A stretch of DNA of 64,000 nt from Omnitrophica WOR_2 bacterium RIFOXYA2_FULL_38_17 (GCA_001805965.1 MHHG01000072.1:429-64428), one strand, 5' to 3'. Positions 9,401 to 18,459 are shown, numbered from the stretch's first letter. Notes: generated by a model not told the origin, from the letters alone. Translations and numbers: made by a program.

Positions 9401-12400
9401 TAGTGATACGTAATATTATTCTTGCTGCACCATATAAACAAAGCATTTGGAGTGGGTATCAAGGGAGAGATCTTCAGGAATTTGTTAAGATCGTTTCTCA
9501 GCAGGAATTGCCGGTCATAAAAGGTGACGGCTATGTTGTAGTTCCATCGCAGGTCAGCGAGATGATCGCCACGCTCTCGCAAGATAGCGATAGGATGATA
9601 GAGATCCTGGAGTTATTGAAAATTTTAACTGAAGAGGATACGGCCAACAGTTATGAATTTGAGATCAAGAAAACGGAAGCCTTTGCCGCCTTTGGAGCTG
9701 ATGCCGCTTCTGAAGGTACAGAAGGTCGCCAAACAAAATGGGGGAAAGAAATAGAATTCTTGACTTGGTTTAAAGAGGATGAGCCGACAGCTGAAATTAT
9801 ATCGACGCCATTCGGCCCTCAAAAGACCGAAAAAACGGTTACAGACACTATGCGTGCTTTCAGAGCGGAAAAAGTTGATTTTGATCGAATTTTTCGCGGG
9901 CAAGATATCTTTGCATCAAAACAGGATTTTGTGACAATGAAGAGCGCAAAAGTGGAGTTTTCTCAAGTCTCCCAAGTTGTTTTTACGAATATTTTTGTGA
10001 GGGATCAAGAAAAGCCCAGGATCGGTGAATATTTGGATTCATTGGGTAAAAGTGTAAGGAACCAGGAAGGGGCAAAATTTAGTTTATCAAATAAAGGCAC
10101 TGAAGATAAGGCAATGCTTAGCTTATCAAGCAAGATCGCTATTGAAGCATTAAGGAAATATCCTTTAGCAGAAATTGAAGGTATCAGCGAGTTTATGTTC
10201 GGTAATGATAAATATGTTGTCCGAAAGTATGACAGCGTGAATGGACCCCTACATATTTTGATAGAAAAGGACGGGAAGGATATTAAAAAATTCTGGGCGC
10301 TGGCTTTGCCTTTGGATGTTGAATCATGTCTGATAGATAAAGGAAGAGTGATCTTCAAGGAATCCGAAGGAAACAGGGAGGTCTATGTGGATCTTTTTGA
10401 TCCGGAAGGGGGCTTCCTGGTGAGCTTGAATGTTGAACCAGAAAAGAAGAAAGAGTGGTTAGTGAAACTGGAAAGCAGCTATGCTCAATTGCTCGAGCTT
10501 GTTCCTGATGATGTCATCGAAGGAAATCATTCAGAGTTCAAAGATATTTTCACACGTCTCAATGCGCTCATAAAAGAAAGGGCTGTTTATATTATAGAGG
10601 GTGGTGTAACGCCAGGCCAACAGGTCGCTGCCATTGATGCACTGGTTGATGAGGTGTCCAATGATCTTATTCGGATCGGCGCTACTGTAAAGGAAATGTG
10701 GGAAAATTTCGGGGATGAGAATATATTGCCCCTAAAAGCTCATGAGAGGGGAAGTTTCTTCACGCAGTTCATCAAGGTTCTTGTGCAGGCCGCGACGCTG
10801 GGCCAGTTGGGAGAAAAAGAGGATCTTGAGCAGATGGTTCGGATTATGGGACACGGATTTGTAGTTAAAAGCTCCGCTGATATTGAATCCGCTAAGGCTA
10901 TCGACAGGTTGGTTCAGGCGCTCAGGAAAAAGAATATGAAGGACTTCCCGGAATTATCTAAGATCGTGACGACGCTTCAGCTGACCTTGCGTAAAAGGGA
11001 TGCCGGGGCTGCGGGCCATTTGATAGATAAGATCAATATGATCCTCAATAGTGAGGAGTCGGGAAAATATCTGGAATTGATCTATAAAGAGTTTCAGAGT
11101 GCGGAGTGGATTAAAATAAATAGTGAGATAAGCGCGGGAAAATTTCAGGATCTTGATCGACTGGGGCGGTTGCTGATATTTCTGTCAAGCCGTTCGGACC
11201 TTGTTGCGGAAGATATGAGAAGTGAAGAAGATGATATGAATTGGGCAGTTGTTCCCGAACCTATGGGATTGGAGCAGCTTGATGTGTGGAGCTCATCGAA
11301 AAGCGGAGTCAGGACGGTCGATGAAGTTGTCCAAAAGCAGTCACAGATAAGGGCTTTGGACAATGAGGCTGTTGAGCGAGTTCGCCAGAATATACGATCG
11401 AAGGTCGAAGGATTAAGAGAGTCCGGTGGATATGCGGCTGAATTGATGCAGAATTTTCTGGATGCGATGGTACTGCTGAGGCAGGGCAAGACCGAACAAA
11501 AAGGAAAGCTCCAGGTAAAGTTCTATTATGATAAGGAAAGAGATGAATTTGTTGAAGAGATCAATGACAATGGTCCGGGAGCGCCTGTTGGAAAAGAGCT
11601 GGCGCTTCTTATCAGGAAATCGAACAAGTATGAATTGAACAAGGATCAGCAGGGCCTTGAAGGTCAGTTGGCGGGATTCTTTGGAACGGGTAAATTTACC
11701 ATGTATGCCGGCGCTGATAAAGTTGAGATAATTTCCCGGGGTGAAGAGAATGTCTATGTGTTCGTTCTTAAGGTTGACCGCAAGAACGGAAAGGTCTTTT
11801 TGGAAAAAGTAGGCCAGCGCCAGAGGCGTGAAGGGGAAGAAACAGGCGTGATGATCCGGAGGATCAAGGAAGCTGTATCTATTATTCCATCACTTGAGCA
11901 GATGTTTGCCGAATCTGCCTGGAAAATAAATGCGGGGTTTGCGGTAACGGATAAGGACAGCCTTGATATGGAGATCAATCATGCGATCCATCCGGTTGAA
12001 GTGGCAGGGCGCAAGGCGCTTTATCAGGGAGCATTTTATGCGCCCAATTTATCGACATCCGAAGAACATGGTGAGGAGCGTATAGATCATGGCATATTCA
12101 GGATATGGGAGCATAATGATCCCGAAGTTCCTTCACAGATTGTTGATAAGAAAGGCCTGCGCGTTGAGGATATCGCCCTTAAAGAAAAATTCCTCGAACT
12201 GGTCCCGCAGAGAATGCGTGATATGTTGGATAAAATGCATATAGTTATACAGATACCTCTAGCTCTTTATGAAAGCCGCAATGGATTTGCCCAGGAGGAT
12301 GAATATCTGCCCTTTATTCAAAGGCAGGTCGCTGTTGGGGTGTACCGGGCGCTGGTTAGCAAGTTTCTCTCGGATGAAAGCTTTACTATGGACAGGATCA

Positions 12401-13482
12401 TATCGAGCGATTTTGAAACGGGAATGACATACAATATGGCTTTTAACAGGCAGGCAAATGATCTTTATGTCGGAGAACGTCATTTATTTGATATTGTTAA
12501 AGACCTTAATTCTGAGCTGTCTGATCCAAGGCTGGGGGCAGTTACTAACGGGGAATTGGATGTTCTTAAAGGATGGTTTGATGGGGAGGGAACTGATCTC
12601 GAGAAGGGTTCAATAAAACAATTTTTATCTTTATTGGAGGTTGATTATCTGAATATGGAAAGCATTACTGAACGGGCGAGTATTGTAATGCGGAGAATTA
12701 AGGCGCTCAAGGATGTCGCGCCGCAATTAGCGGAGAATCTCGCTGGCAATACGGGGCGTTCCGTTGAAGATGCGGATAAGCTTAAGGACCGCTATTCTAA
12801 CGAGAGAAAAGCTCAGGCAGCTAGAAGTAAGGTGATTTCTGAAAACTCTCCTTCCTATTGGAGGGAGGCCCCGGTGACTGAAGAAGAAAGAGACCTCTTG
12901 AGGATCGGTGAGGAATTTTCAGCGATATTCGGGATCGAACAGGTTTGGTTAGCCAAAAGCGATGCGCCTTTCAGCGGTTTGTTCTTCGGGAGCGGAATGA
13001 TGCTGAATAAAAGCATTGCGGGGAAAATAGCATCTGAAGGTGGATTTTCTGAAAAGGTCGAAGTGATAGCGCATGAATTAGGGCATTTATTGCAGGCTGC
13101 AAAGCGTTCTGCCGGCAGGGTCGAAATGGTTGCTACCGAACAGCATGGTTTTAATGATTGGACCCATGATGATGAGTTCTCCGAAATGATGAAATGGGTC
13201 TCGTTCTTTATTCTATCAAAACAGTCTCCCGCAGCTAATCAAGCTGATCGGGGTAATACAGATACTACTGTAGAACAAGTAGAATCAGCCCCTGGTGGTA
13301 TCGATTTTAATACGCAGATGTTGAACCTTGAAAATACCGGTAAGCAGTTTCAGTACGATGTTCCGCAATTGTCACCTGAGCAAATGGAATATCTCTCTAT
13401 TGATGGATTGGTCCCGGTTATCATAAATATTTCTCCGGTTACAAACTTGCCGCTGCTTTTGGGATATAATATTGAGGAATAA
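6478..13482 (+). CDS. Giant secreted modular protein: conserved N-domain + GHKL (HSP90-like) ATPase modules + HExxH zinc peptidase-like domain + PGGID C-tail
   Basis: Signal peptide-like N-terminus (…AQVFA-QA). N-domain and C-tail shared with 46492..49227. Motifs EAVANSVDA/GQFGMG/DTGVGM, ELMQNFLDA/DNGPG/GFFGTG and AHELGH…WTHD. Confidence 0.85.
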   Translation: MLFRYYLTKNKTFSGYVNKSICLLVSFIFFTATVCPAQVFAQAVLTLPAPGTMVPTSPVHNPAMILGMTINMDNPFQFDFLVDSGDENLEDDAFRKETGKLIKYFLTALTVPEEEMWVNLSPYEKDRIIADGLGGTEMGRDMLAQDYLLKQLSASLMYPENDLGAEFWEDVYEKMGDEYGTKDIPVDTFNKIWIVPERAEVYVNGESVYIVDSHLKVMLDEDYLALEANKNTIGHGLGDIKEEDLKQHSKVSTDAIRKILIPAIEKEVNEGQTFASLRQIYNSLILAAWFKQNLKSSILGQIYVDRSKLNGVDIDDKDAKIRIYEQYLRAFKKGVFDLVKDEYDSSTQTVISRKYFSGGENFANIAQVVQNTGSDSSMLSFMRKIVGRTIRSVTTIVKRASPKRLPDGEEQESEELLGQLNEILQKAVKDRADPGDFEKKQEDLQEYQPPQAPEVSFEEIPLPEGIHTFDLITFLQAQKRLKSLSAEDLGALMVSMGILDEGQTLTRDDIDQQYDIIYKHLAKEGYSEELVSLIKGEDDPDVALDRTVSYQSGSSKMQSIIEAVANSVDALGGSIGQFGMGVKQILAWLEDGERLEVVSKKIDDVPYRLIISKQAGKFNIAIDAISSDDFTRALGGVKSEKGTVINVVKKRDVPTEGDGITLERLEKMVHKRFAFVKWLNLWTRGGNAALKFVNGWERRRVLAGLQNLTHENIEESGAGRGEKMIIVSLESRALRIMDTGVGMDFQVLSRMFLPVDGGDKENKSLDSEEDINAEIERTSMVHDWQGPVTSVVFARNGEMVMEVPLSEEISGSILKGQLMVDLGRLIRVSPSRDKIVLQRNQDEEPLKRGFVHLAQEVIQGNISDQEKIQIINTLIGGLEGIAPGNKSVSDIIDGVKIALKKETKAFVTKLKSKGIILLPLRGGYDNFRIPEGRTVAFLNENLFDWRGSELKQLKENMGAKVLPLVLEGKDPDTGIVIRNIILAAPYKQSIWSGYQGRDLQEFVKIVSQQELPVIKGDGYVVVPSQVSEMIATLSQDSDRMIEILELLKILTEEDTANSYEFEIKKTEAFAAFGADAASEGTEGRQTKWGKEIEFLTWFKEDEPTAEIISTPFGPQKTEKTVTDTMRAFRAEKVDFDRIFRGQDIFASKQDFVTMKSAKVEFSQVSQVVFTNIFVRDQEKPRIGEYLDSLGKSVRNQEGAKFSLSNKGTEDKAMLSLSSKIAIEALRKYPLAEIEGISEFMFGNDKYVVRKYDSVNGPLHILIEKDGKDIKKFWALALPLDVESCLIDKGRVIFKESEGNREVYVDLFDPEGGFLVSLNVEPEKKKEWLVKLESSYAQLLELVPDDVIEGNHSEFKDIFTRLNALIKERAVYIIEGGVTPGQQVAAIDALVDEVSNDLIRIGATVKEMWENFGDENILPLKAHERGSFFTQFIKVLVQAATLGQLGEKEDLEQMVRIMGHGFVVKSSADIESAKAIDRLVQALRKKNMKDFPELSKIVTTLQLTLRKRDAGAAGHLIDKINMILNSEESGKYLELIYKEFQSAEWIKINSEISAGKFQDLDRLGRLLIFLSSRSDLVAEDMRSEEDDMNWAVVPEPMGLEQLDVWSSSKSGVRTVDEVVQKQSQIRALDNEAVERVRQNIRSKVEGLRESGGYAAELMQNFLDAMVLLRQGKTEQKGKLQVKFYYDKERDEFVEEINDNGPGAPVGKELALLIRKSNKYELNKDQQGLEGQLAGFFGTGKFTMYAGADKVEIISRGEENVYVFVLKVDRKNGKVFLEKVGQRQRREGEETGVMIRRIKEAVSIIPSLEQMFAESAWKINAGFAVTDKDSLDMEINHAIHPVEVAGRKALYQGAFYAPNLSTSEEHGEERIDHGIFRIWEHNDPEVPSQIVDKKGLRVEDIALKEKFLELVPQRMRDMLDKMHIVIQIPLALYESRNGFAQEDEYLPFIQRQVAVGVYRALVSKFLSDESFTMDRIISSDFETGMTYNMAFNRQANDLYVGERHLFDIVKDLNSELSDPRLGAVTNGELDVLKGWFDGEGTDLEKGSIKQFLSLLEVDYLNMESITERASIVMRRIKALKDVAPQLAENLAGNTGRSVEDADKLKDRYSNERKAQAARSKVISENSPSYWREAPVTEEERDLLRIGEEFSAIFGIEQVWLAKSDAPFSGLFFGSGMMLNKSIAGKIASEGGFSEKVEVIAHELGHLLQAAKRSAGRVEMVATEQHGFNDWTHDDEFSEMMKWVSFFILSKQSPAANQADRGNTDTTVEQVESAPGGIDFNTQMLNLENTGKQFQYDVPQLSPEQMEYLSIDGLVPVIINISPVTNLPLLLGYNIEE

Positions 13483-13607
13483 GCAAAGGTAACAGCTTAA
13501 AAGGTAATAATGACATAGGTGTATGTTTAATATCCAAAAATATTTAATTCTTCTAATTTCATAGATTTAATTTGATGGTATACTGAAAAAAAAGGAGGCA
13601 AAAAATA

Positions 13608-14117
13608 ATGAATGAGAATAAAAAGAATATACCGCTTATTGTTTCATTATCAATTCCCGTGTTAATGATCGCTCTGGTCGCTATTAGTATTTATGTCCCG
13701 ACAATATTCGTTAAACCTAAAATGGATTTTGTTTATAGTATTGGAAGAGACTATTGCTATCTGCAAAAATATTCGGTACAAAATAGTAAGATTGTTGAAA
13801 ATGAAATAAAAGAGGCTAAGGATCCGAATTATTGCCATAATAATAGCCGAGAACCAAAGCTTTATTATTATGATGTTGAGAAGGATTCTACAAAACAAAT
13901 CACTTTTGAAGAAGCTTCAAAATATATCTTAGATAGTAGTTACAGTTCTGAGGATGGATTTTCAGTGGTTTCAGGCAGCGGCCATTCTGACCTGTTTTTC
14001 TACAATGGATCATCTTATTATAAGAAATATATTAAAAAAGGGGCTTTTAGCAAAAAGCTTAATATTGGAGCAGATTATTATTATGATTTTAATTTCTTAG
14101 GTTGGGTGAAGGGGTAA
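13608..14117 (+). CDS. Hypothetical membrane-anchored protein
   Basis: AGGAGG RBS, one N-terminal TM helix, Tyr-rich soluble domain ending FLGWV. Confidence 0.7.
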   Translation: MNENKKNIPLIVSLSIPVLMIALVAISIYVPTIFVKPKMDFVYSIGRDYCYLQKYSVQNSKIVENEIKEAKDPNYCHNNSREPKLYYYDVEKDSTKQITFEEASKYILDSSYSSEDGFSVVSGSGHSDLFFYNGSSYYKKYIKKGAFSKKLNIGADYYYDFNFLGWVKG

Positions 14118-14120
14118 ATC

Positions 14121-15095
14121 ATGAATAAAGAAAATATTTTAAAAAGTGTAGAGACCCTTGTTAAAGAAGGACAATTGACTAAAGAAGAACTGCTGGGCGT
14201 GTATGATAGGTCTATCAGCACAGATAAGCAGGAAACTTTAAATAAGCAATCCCGCATATCAAATATTCTTTATTATATAGGAGGAGGCATTGTTTTTTTA
14301 GGTGTTTGCATTTTCATTGGTACGAACTGGTCAGAATTAAATGATCTTACGAAGATCATTGCGACACTAGGAACGTCGGTCATGATGTATTATTCGGGTG
14401 TCCTGTTGACGCGTTATAAGAATTTGGAGAGGATATGTGACGCTTTTTATTTTCTTGCTGCTTTGGTAGCCCCTTTAGGTATTTTTGTGACAATGGATAT
14501 TGCGGGCATTGATACTGGCACAGCAGGATGTCATACTGTTATTGCGGCTATTTTGCTGGTTGTTAATCTTGTTTCTTATAATATTGACAAAAGAAACGTA
14601 TTTTTTGTTTTCAGCGTTATCTTTGGGTCATGGTTATTTTTTAGCTTAACAATATTTATGATAGGAGGAAGGCCATTTAGCGACTGGAATTTTGTCAAAT
14701 ATAGATGGTTAGTTGCGGGTTTATCACATATGATTTTGGGCTATGCTTTAAGAGATACCGATAAAAAAGGTCTAACGCGTTATCTTTATGGCTTTGGGGT
14801 TGTTGAATTTTTAACAGCTGCGCTTTGCTTGGGCGGCTATACTCCTAATCAAAATGTATTTTGGGAGCTAATATTCCCAGGATTGACTTTTGGTATAATT
14901 TTCCTAAGTGTTTATTTAAGGTCAAGGTCGTTTCTTATCTTTGGGACCCTGTATTTGATGTTTTATCTTTTTAAGATTACCGGAGAATATTTTACGAGCG
15001 GATTTGGATGGGCATTTTCATTGATTATTGTTGGTTTTGCATTGATGGGGATAGGCTATTTTGCATTTTATTTGAACAAGAAATATATCAGTTAA
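14121..15095 (+). CDS. DUF2157-like polytopic membrane protein
   Basis: N-terminal 'LVKEGQLTKEE', then 'ILYYIGGGIVFLGVCIFIGTNWSEL' typical of DUF2157, followed by many TM helices. Confidence 0.7.
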   Translation: MNKENILKSVETLVKEGQLTKEELLGVYDRSISTDKQETLNKQSRISNILYYIGGGIVFLGVCIFIGTNWSELNDLTKIIATLGTSVMMYYSGVLLTRYKNLERICDAFYFLAALVAPLGIFVTMDIAGIDTGTAGCHTVIAAILLVVNLVSYNIDKRNVFFVFSVIFGSWLFFSLTIFMIGGRPFSDWNFVKYRWLVAGLSHMILGYALRDTDKKGLTRYLYGFGVVEFLTAALCLGGYTPNQNVFWELIFPGLTFGIIFLSVYLRSRSFLIFGTLYLMFYLFKITGEYFTSGFGWAFSLIIVGFALMGIGYFAFYLNKKYIS

Positions 15096-15207
15096 ATATT
15101 ATTATATTGAAACTTCAAAAGGTCTTTTAAATATAAGATATTAATGTACAGCAAGGTTTTCATGATTGCATATTTTAAAAAAGCTACATTTTGAAGAATA
15201 TATTAGT

Positions 15208-15242
15208 AAAAAAGGGCAATAAGATTCCTTATTGCCCTTTTT
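15208..15242. terminator. Bidirectional intrinsic terminator
   Basis: AAAAAAGGGCAATAAG-attc-CTTATTGCCCTTTTT stem with A/T tails. Confidence 0.8.
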
Positions 15243-15512
15243 ATTTAAAAAGCAATAAGCATAGATTTGAAGAACTGGTAACTATTTTTAGGCGCTTGAA
15301 TGAAAGTCAGTATCTCTTCTGTGTAAATGATGGTGTTTAGCCATATAAATACCATTAATTTTAGCTATTTTTAATTGTTTTTTTTATTGGAAATGTTATT
15401 ATTAATTACTAAGACAATTTTAAAGGAGGAGAAGTTCTCGGAATAATTTCATCTGTTTTTGATGATTATCAGATTTAAAATAATTTTTAAAACTGACGGG
15501 AAAAGAAAGTTT

Positions 15513-15584
15513 AACGTATTTTGGTATTTAGTTGTTGGACCTCTTTCAAGGGGGTTTGGTGGCTTTGCCGGGATACGTTTTTTT
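15513..15584 (+). other. Long G-U-rich RNA hairpin with U tail (candidate leader/attenuator or ncRNA)
   Basis: A 14-bp outer helix plus a 15-bp inner helix are fully paired only when G-U is allowed on the + strand. A T run follows. Confidence 0.5.
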
Positions 15585-15781
15585 GTATCTTTTTAATGCA
15601 GAAAGGAGGCAATAAAAGAGATAATTGTCAGGTTTCTTTTAATTAGGTGGTGAAGGCAGGCTTCAAATATTGGCAGCTAATTTATTTTAAGAATTTTTAA
15701 AAGGTTAAATGTTGTCATGGCCTTTTTAAGGCCAAGAAAAAATGTTTTTAACAAATAATGTTTATGAAAAAGGATTTAATA

Positions 15782-16153
15782 ATGTTTAAAAAATTATGTT
15801 TCGCAATGATGCTATTAAGTTTTGTTTGTTCTTTTACAAATGTGTCTTCAGCCCAGGAAATGGATCAGTTTGATATCTCTTTTGGGACCATAGTTTCTGT
15901 TAGTGATAGTGAAGTTGTGATAAATGAAGAGGATTTAGAGACAGAGGAAGTAAGCCAAGCCGCATTTGTTACTGATCCGGGAATGATACTTGAGAACTTT
16001 GAAACGCTTGATGAGCTGACAGTGGGCACTTTTGTTGAGATATTTTATGAGCTTAAAGATAATTCAAAAGTTATAAACAGTATTACAATTACGAGTAAAG
16101 AAGAACTTGAAAAAGAAATGAATGAAACTGAACTTGAAATGGATGAAGAATAA
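15782..16153 (+). CDS. Secreted acidic hypothetical protein (small beta-barrel-like)
   Basis: Signal peptide ending SSA-QE, 'GTIVSVSDSEVVI' beta pattern. AAGGA RBS supports ATG 15782. Confidence 0.7.
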   Translation: MFKKLCFAMMLLSFVCSFTNVSSAQEMDQFDISFGTIVSVSDSEVVINEEDLETEEVSQAAFVTDPGMILENFETLDELTVGTFVEIFYELKDNSKVINSITITSKEELEKEMNETELEMDEE

Positions 16154-16154
16154 T

Positions 16155-16295
16155 ATGCCAAATAAAAAGAGATTCGATGATTATGTTATCAAGCACAATG
16201 AAGGTGTAAAAGAAAAATGGCAGGACAAGATGAGAACAAAGCAAATAAGAAAGCAAAGAAGACAAAAAGTAAGTGGCGCAAGAATCATTGAGTAG
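16155..16295 (+). CDS. Small basic protein (46 aa, not in ORF track)
   Basis: ATG 1 nt after the upstream stop: MPNKKRFDDYVIKHNEGVKEKWQDKMRTKQIRKQRRQKVSGARIIE*. Lies before the terminator. Confidence 0.45.
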   Translation: MPNKKRFDDYVIKHNEGVKEKWQDKMRTKQIRKQRRQKVSGARIIE

Positions 16296-16334
16296 GATTT
16301 GTTGTGTTTAAATGATTGTTAGAATTTCATTGAA

Positions 16335-16369
16335 AAAAGGGGTAGCGGATTTATTATGCTACCCCTTTT
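16335..16369. terminator. Bidirectional intrinsic terminator
   Basis: AAAAGGGGTAGC-11 nt-GCTACCCCTTTT between convergent genes. Confidence 0.8.
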
Positions 16370-16411
16370 CATTTTAGATTTTCTAGCATTACAATTTCAT
16401 AAGCCAGCTAT

Positions 16412-17674
16412 TTATAATAAATTATTAATTATGATCTCACCAAGGTTTTCTGCTATTAGCTTGTTGCCTTTTGCCGTACAATGTCCAAAATCTCCACCAA
16501 AAATATCCACAAAATATTCGTCATAGCCATCTTTTGCTACAGCATCTTTAAATAGTTCTTCATTGTCCACGAAGATAGCGCCATTTTGATTATAAAATAA
16601 TCTTCTTAAATTGTTAACATCTCGCATTGGATATTGCATGCATATGAGCTTGATGTTTTTGTCTGTTACAGAGTCTTTAAGCTTATTGTAGTTGAGTTTC
16701 GTTGTAGCAAAATAGTTCTTTGACCGCAATTTCTGGGTCTTTTTAAAGTATATTCTTGCTGAGTTACTTTGGTTTTTAGCCATGTGTACAAGTGCTAAAA
16801 GCCCATATGAATTTGCGTCATTAATTGAGTATTTTATTGCTAATTTCAGGGTTTGTTCTGCTTTGTCGTATTCTTTCTTATCCCAAAAACATTTTGCCAG
16901 TTCACTATAAGCTAAGCCATTATTTTTGTTTTCAGAGATAGCTTGGCTTAAGATTTCTTCAGCTTTCAGCAAGTCTCCGGTCTTTCGGTAATGATGGCTT
17001 AAAGTTAAATATGCTTCATTTCTATCAAGGTTTTTAGTCCGCTTTTCATTATCTTTTAGGTTCTCTGCTTCCTCCTGCTTTACTTGCATGGTAATTATAT
17101 TTGAGGCATTATTTAGCTTTTGCTGGTAATTATCACGACCTGATAACTCACTGATGTTCTCACTTATTTTTGGCAATTCAGCTGAAGGATTTTGTAGATT
17201 CTCTGAGATATGAAGAAAAATTAATGCGAAGAGTTTATAGGCTCTGAAAGATTTGAATAAATCTAGAATATTGTGATCAATAATTTCTCCAGTATCGTTA
17301 ATTCCCATCATTGTGATTACCAGATCAGGATTATATTTGTTTAAGTTGTCTTCCAAGCTTGCAATGATCATTGTTGTATTACCAGCTATTATTCCTTCAT
17401 TTATTACAGTAAATCTTGTTCCTAAGTTTTTCTCATTTAAAAATCTTTCAAGTTGGTAAGGATAGCTGTTATTGCTACCCATTGCAGTGGTAGACTCTCC
17501 TAGGCATAAGATGCGATAATCTTGATTCTTGGCTGCGGATATTTTATTTCTGTGTTTCTGGAGCGATGATAAAATCAGCCCACCTGTTCTTAGGCCGATT
17601 TCCAATAAAGAAAAGCATAAGAAAAGGCCAAACATGATCAAAAGAATTTTTTGTTTTGTGGATGTTTTGTGCAT
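16412..17674 (-). CDS. Membrane-anchored SGNH/GDSL hydrolase-like protein with inserted TPR repeats
   Basis: Block I LCLGESTT, block II NEG, block III MGIND and block V DFGH. TPR helices (KAEEILSQAI, KAEQTLKLAI) lie between blocks III and V. Confidence 0.75.
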   Translation of the reverse strand: MHKTSTKQKILLIMFGLFLCFSLLEIGLRTGGLILSSLQKHRNKISAAKNQDYRILCLGESTTAMGSNNSYPYQLERFLNEKNLGTRFTVINEGIIAGNTTMIIASLEDNLNKYNPDLVITMMGINDTGEIIDHNILDLFKSFRAYKLFALIFLHISENLQNPSAELPKISENISELSGRDNYQQKLNNASNIITMQVKQEEAENLKDNEKRTKNLDRNEAYLTLSHHYRKTGDLLKAEEILSQAISENKNNGLAYSELAKCFWDKKEYDKAEQTLKLAIKYSINDANSYGLLALVHMAKNQSNSARIYFKKTQKLRSKNYFATTKLNYNKLKDSVTDKNIKLICMQYPMRDVNNLRRLFYNQNGAIFVDNEELFKDAVAKDGYDEYFVDIFGGDFGHCTAKGNKLIAENLGEIIINNLL

Positions 17675-17861
17675 TTATTTATGTGTTTAGTTTTTTTAGT
17701 CTTCTTAATAGTATATTCTGACCGAAGCATAAGGCTATAAAAATTATAAACATTTTTCATTATGAAGATAATGTTTGGCAGTATACTATAAGGCGAAATA
17801 GGAAGAAACGATCTGGGGGATTATGTTAATTCCAGAGTAATAATTTTGAAAGGAGAAAAGG

Positions 17862-18287
17862 ATGAAAAGAGTGGTCATATCAACGGTTATTTCTGCTTTA
17901 TTGTTTACAGGTATTGCAATAGCTGATAATAATGTTGAAAAAATAAACAACAGTCAGGCAGATATAGCGCTGAAGTGGGTTAATTTAATTGATGAAGAGG
18001 CTTATGATAAAAGCTGGGATGAGGCCGCAGCTTTCTTCAAACAAGCAGTTGTCAAAGATCTGTGGGTTGAAACGGTCGAAAAGGTAAGGGTCCCATTTGG
18101 TAAGGTTCTTAAAAGAGATCTAATCGACAGTCAGTATTTGACTTCACTTCCTGGTGTGCCTGATGGGGAGTATATGGTCATGCAATTTGCAGCTGAATTT
18201 GAAAAGAAGGAAAAAGCGATTGAAACAATAACTGTAATGCTGGATGAAGATGGAGAATGGAGAGTTGCAGGATATTATATTAATTAA
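17862..18287 (+). CDS. DUF4019 domain secreted protein
   Basis: Signal peptide; 'W..LID...Y..SW..AA..FK', 'LPGVPDGEY', 'WRVAGYYI'. Confidence 0.85.
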   Translation: MKRVVISTVISALLFTGIAIADNNVEKINNSQADIALKWVNLIDEEAYDKSWDEAAAFFKQAVVKDLWVETVEKVRVPFGKVLKRDLIDSQYLTSLPGVPDGEYMVMQFAAEFEKKEKAIETITVMLDEDGEWRVAGYYIN

Positions 18288-18459
18288 AAGAAATCTTCCT
18301 TTGATCAATTCTGTTATAAAGAGCCGGTTGTAATGTGATATGGTGAATGTTCTTTTGTGAAAAAGTGGAGTTTGTTTTAATTATTTTTCTGCTAGAAAAG
18401 AAAATTTTGCTATAAATGCTTAAATGTTCTATATTTAGTATAGAGAAATATAGTGGTTT

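Noticed and set aside
6959-12483. Many 60-150 aa ORFs antisense or out of frame within the giant gene (likewise within carB and the glp genes)
   Set aside because: These are shadow ORFs of long coding regions with no RBS or domain signal.
7555-13290. Cargo region as an intein insertion
   Set aside because: There are no intein terminal signatures (N-terminal C/S block A, C-terminal HN followed by C/S/T) at the junctions.
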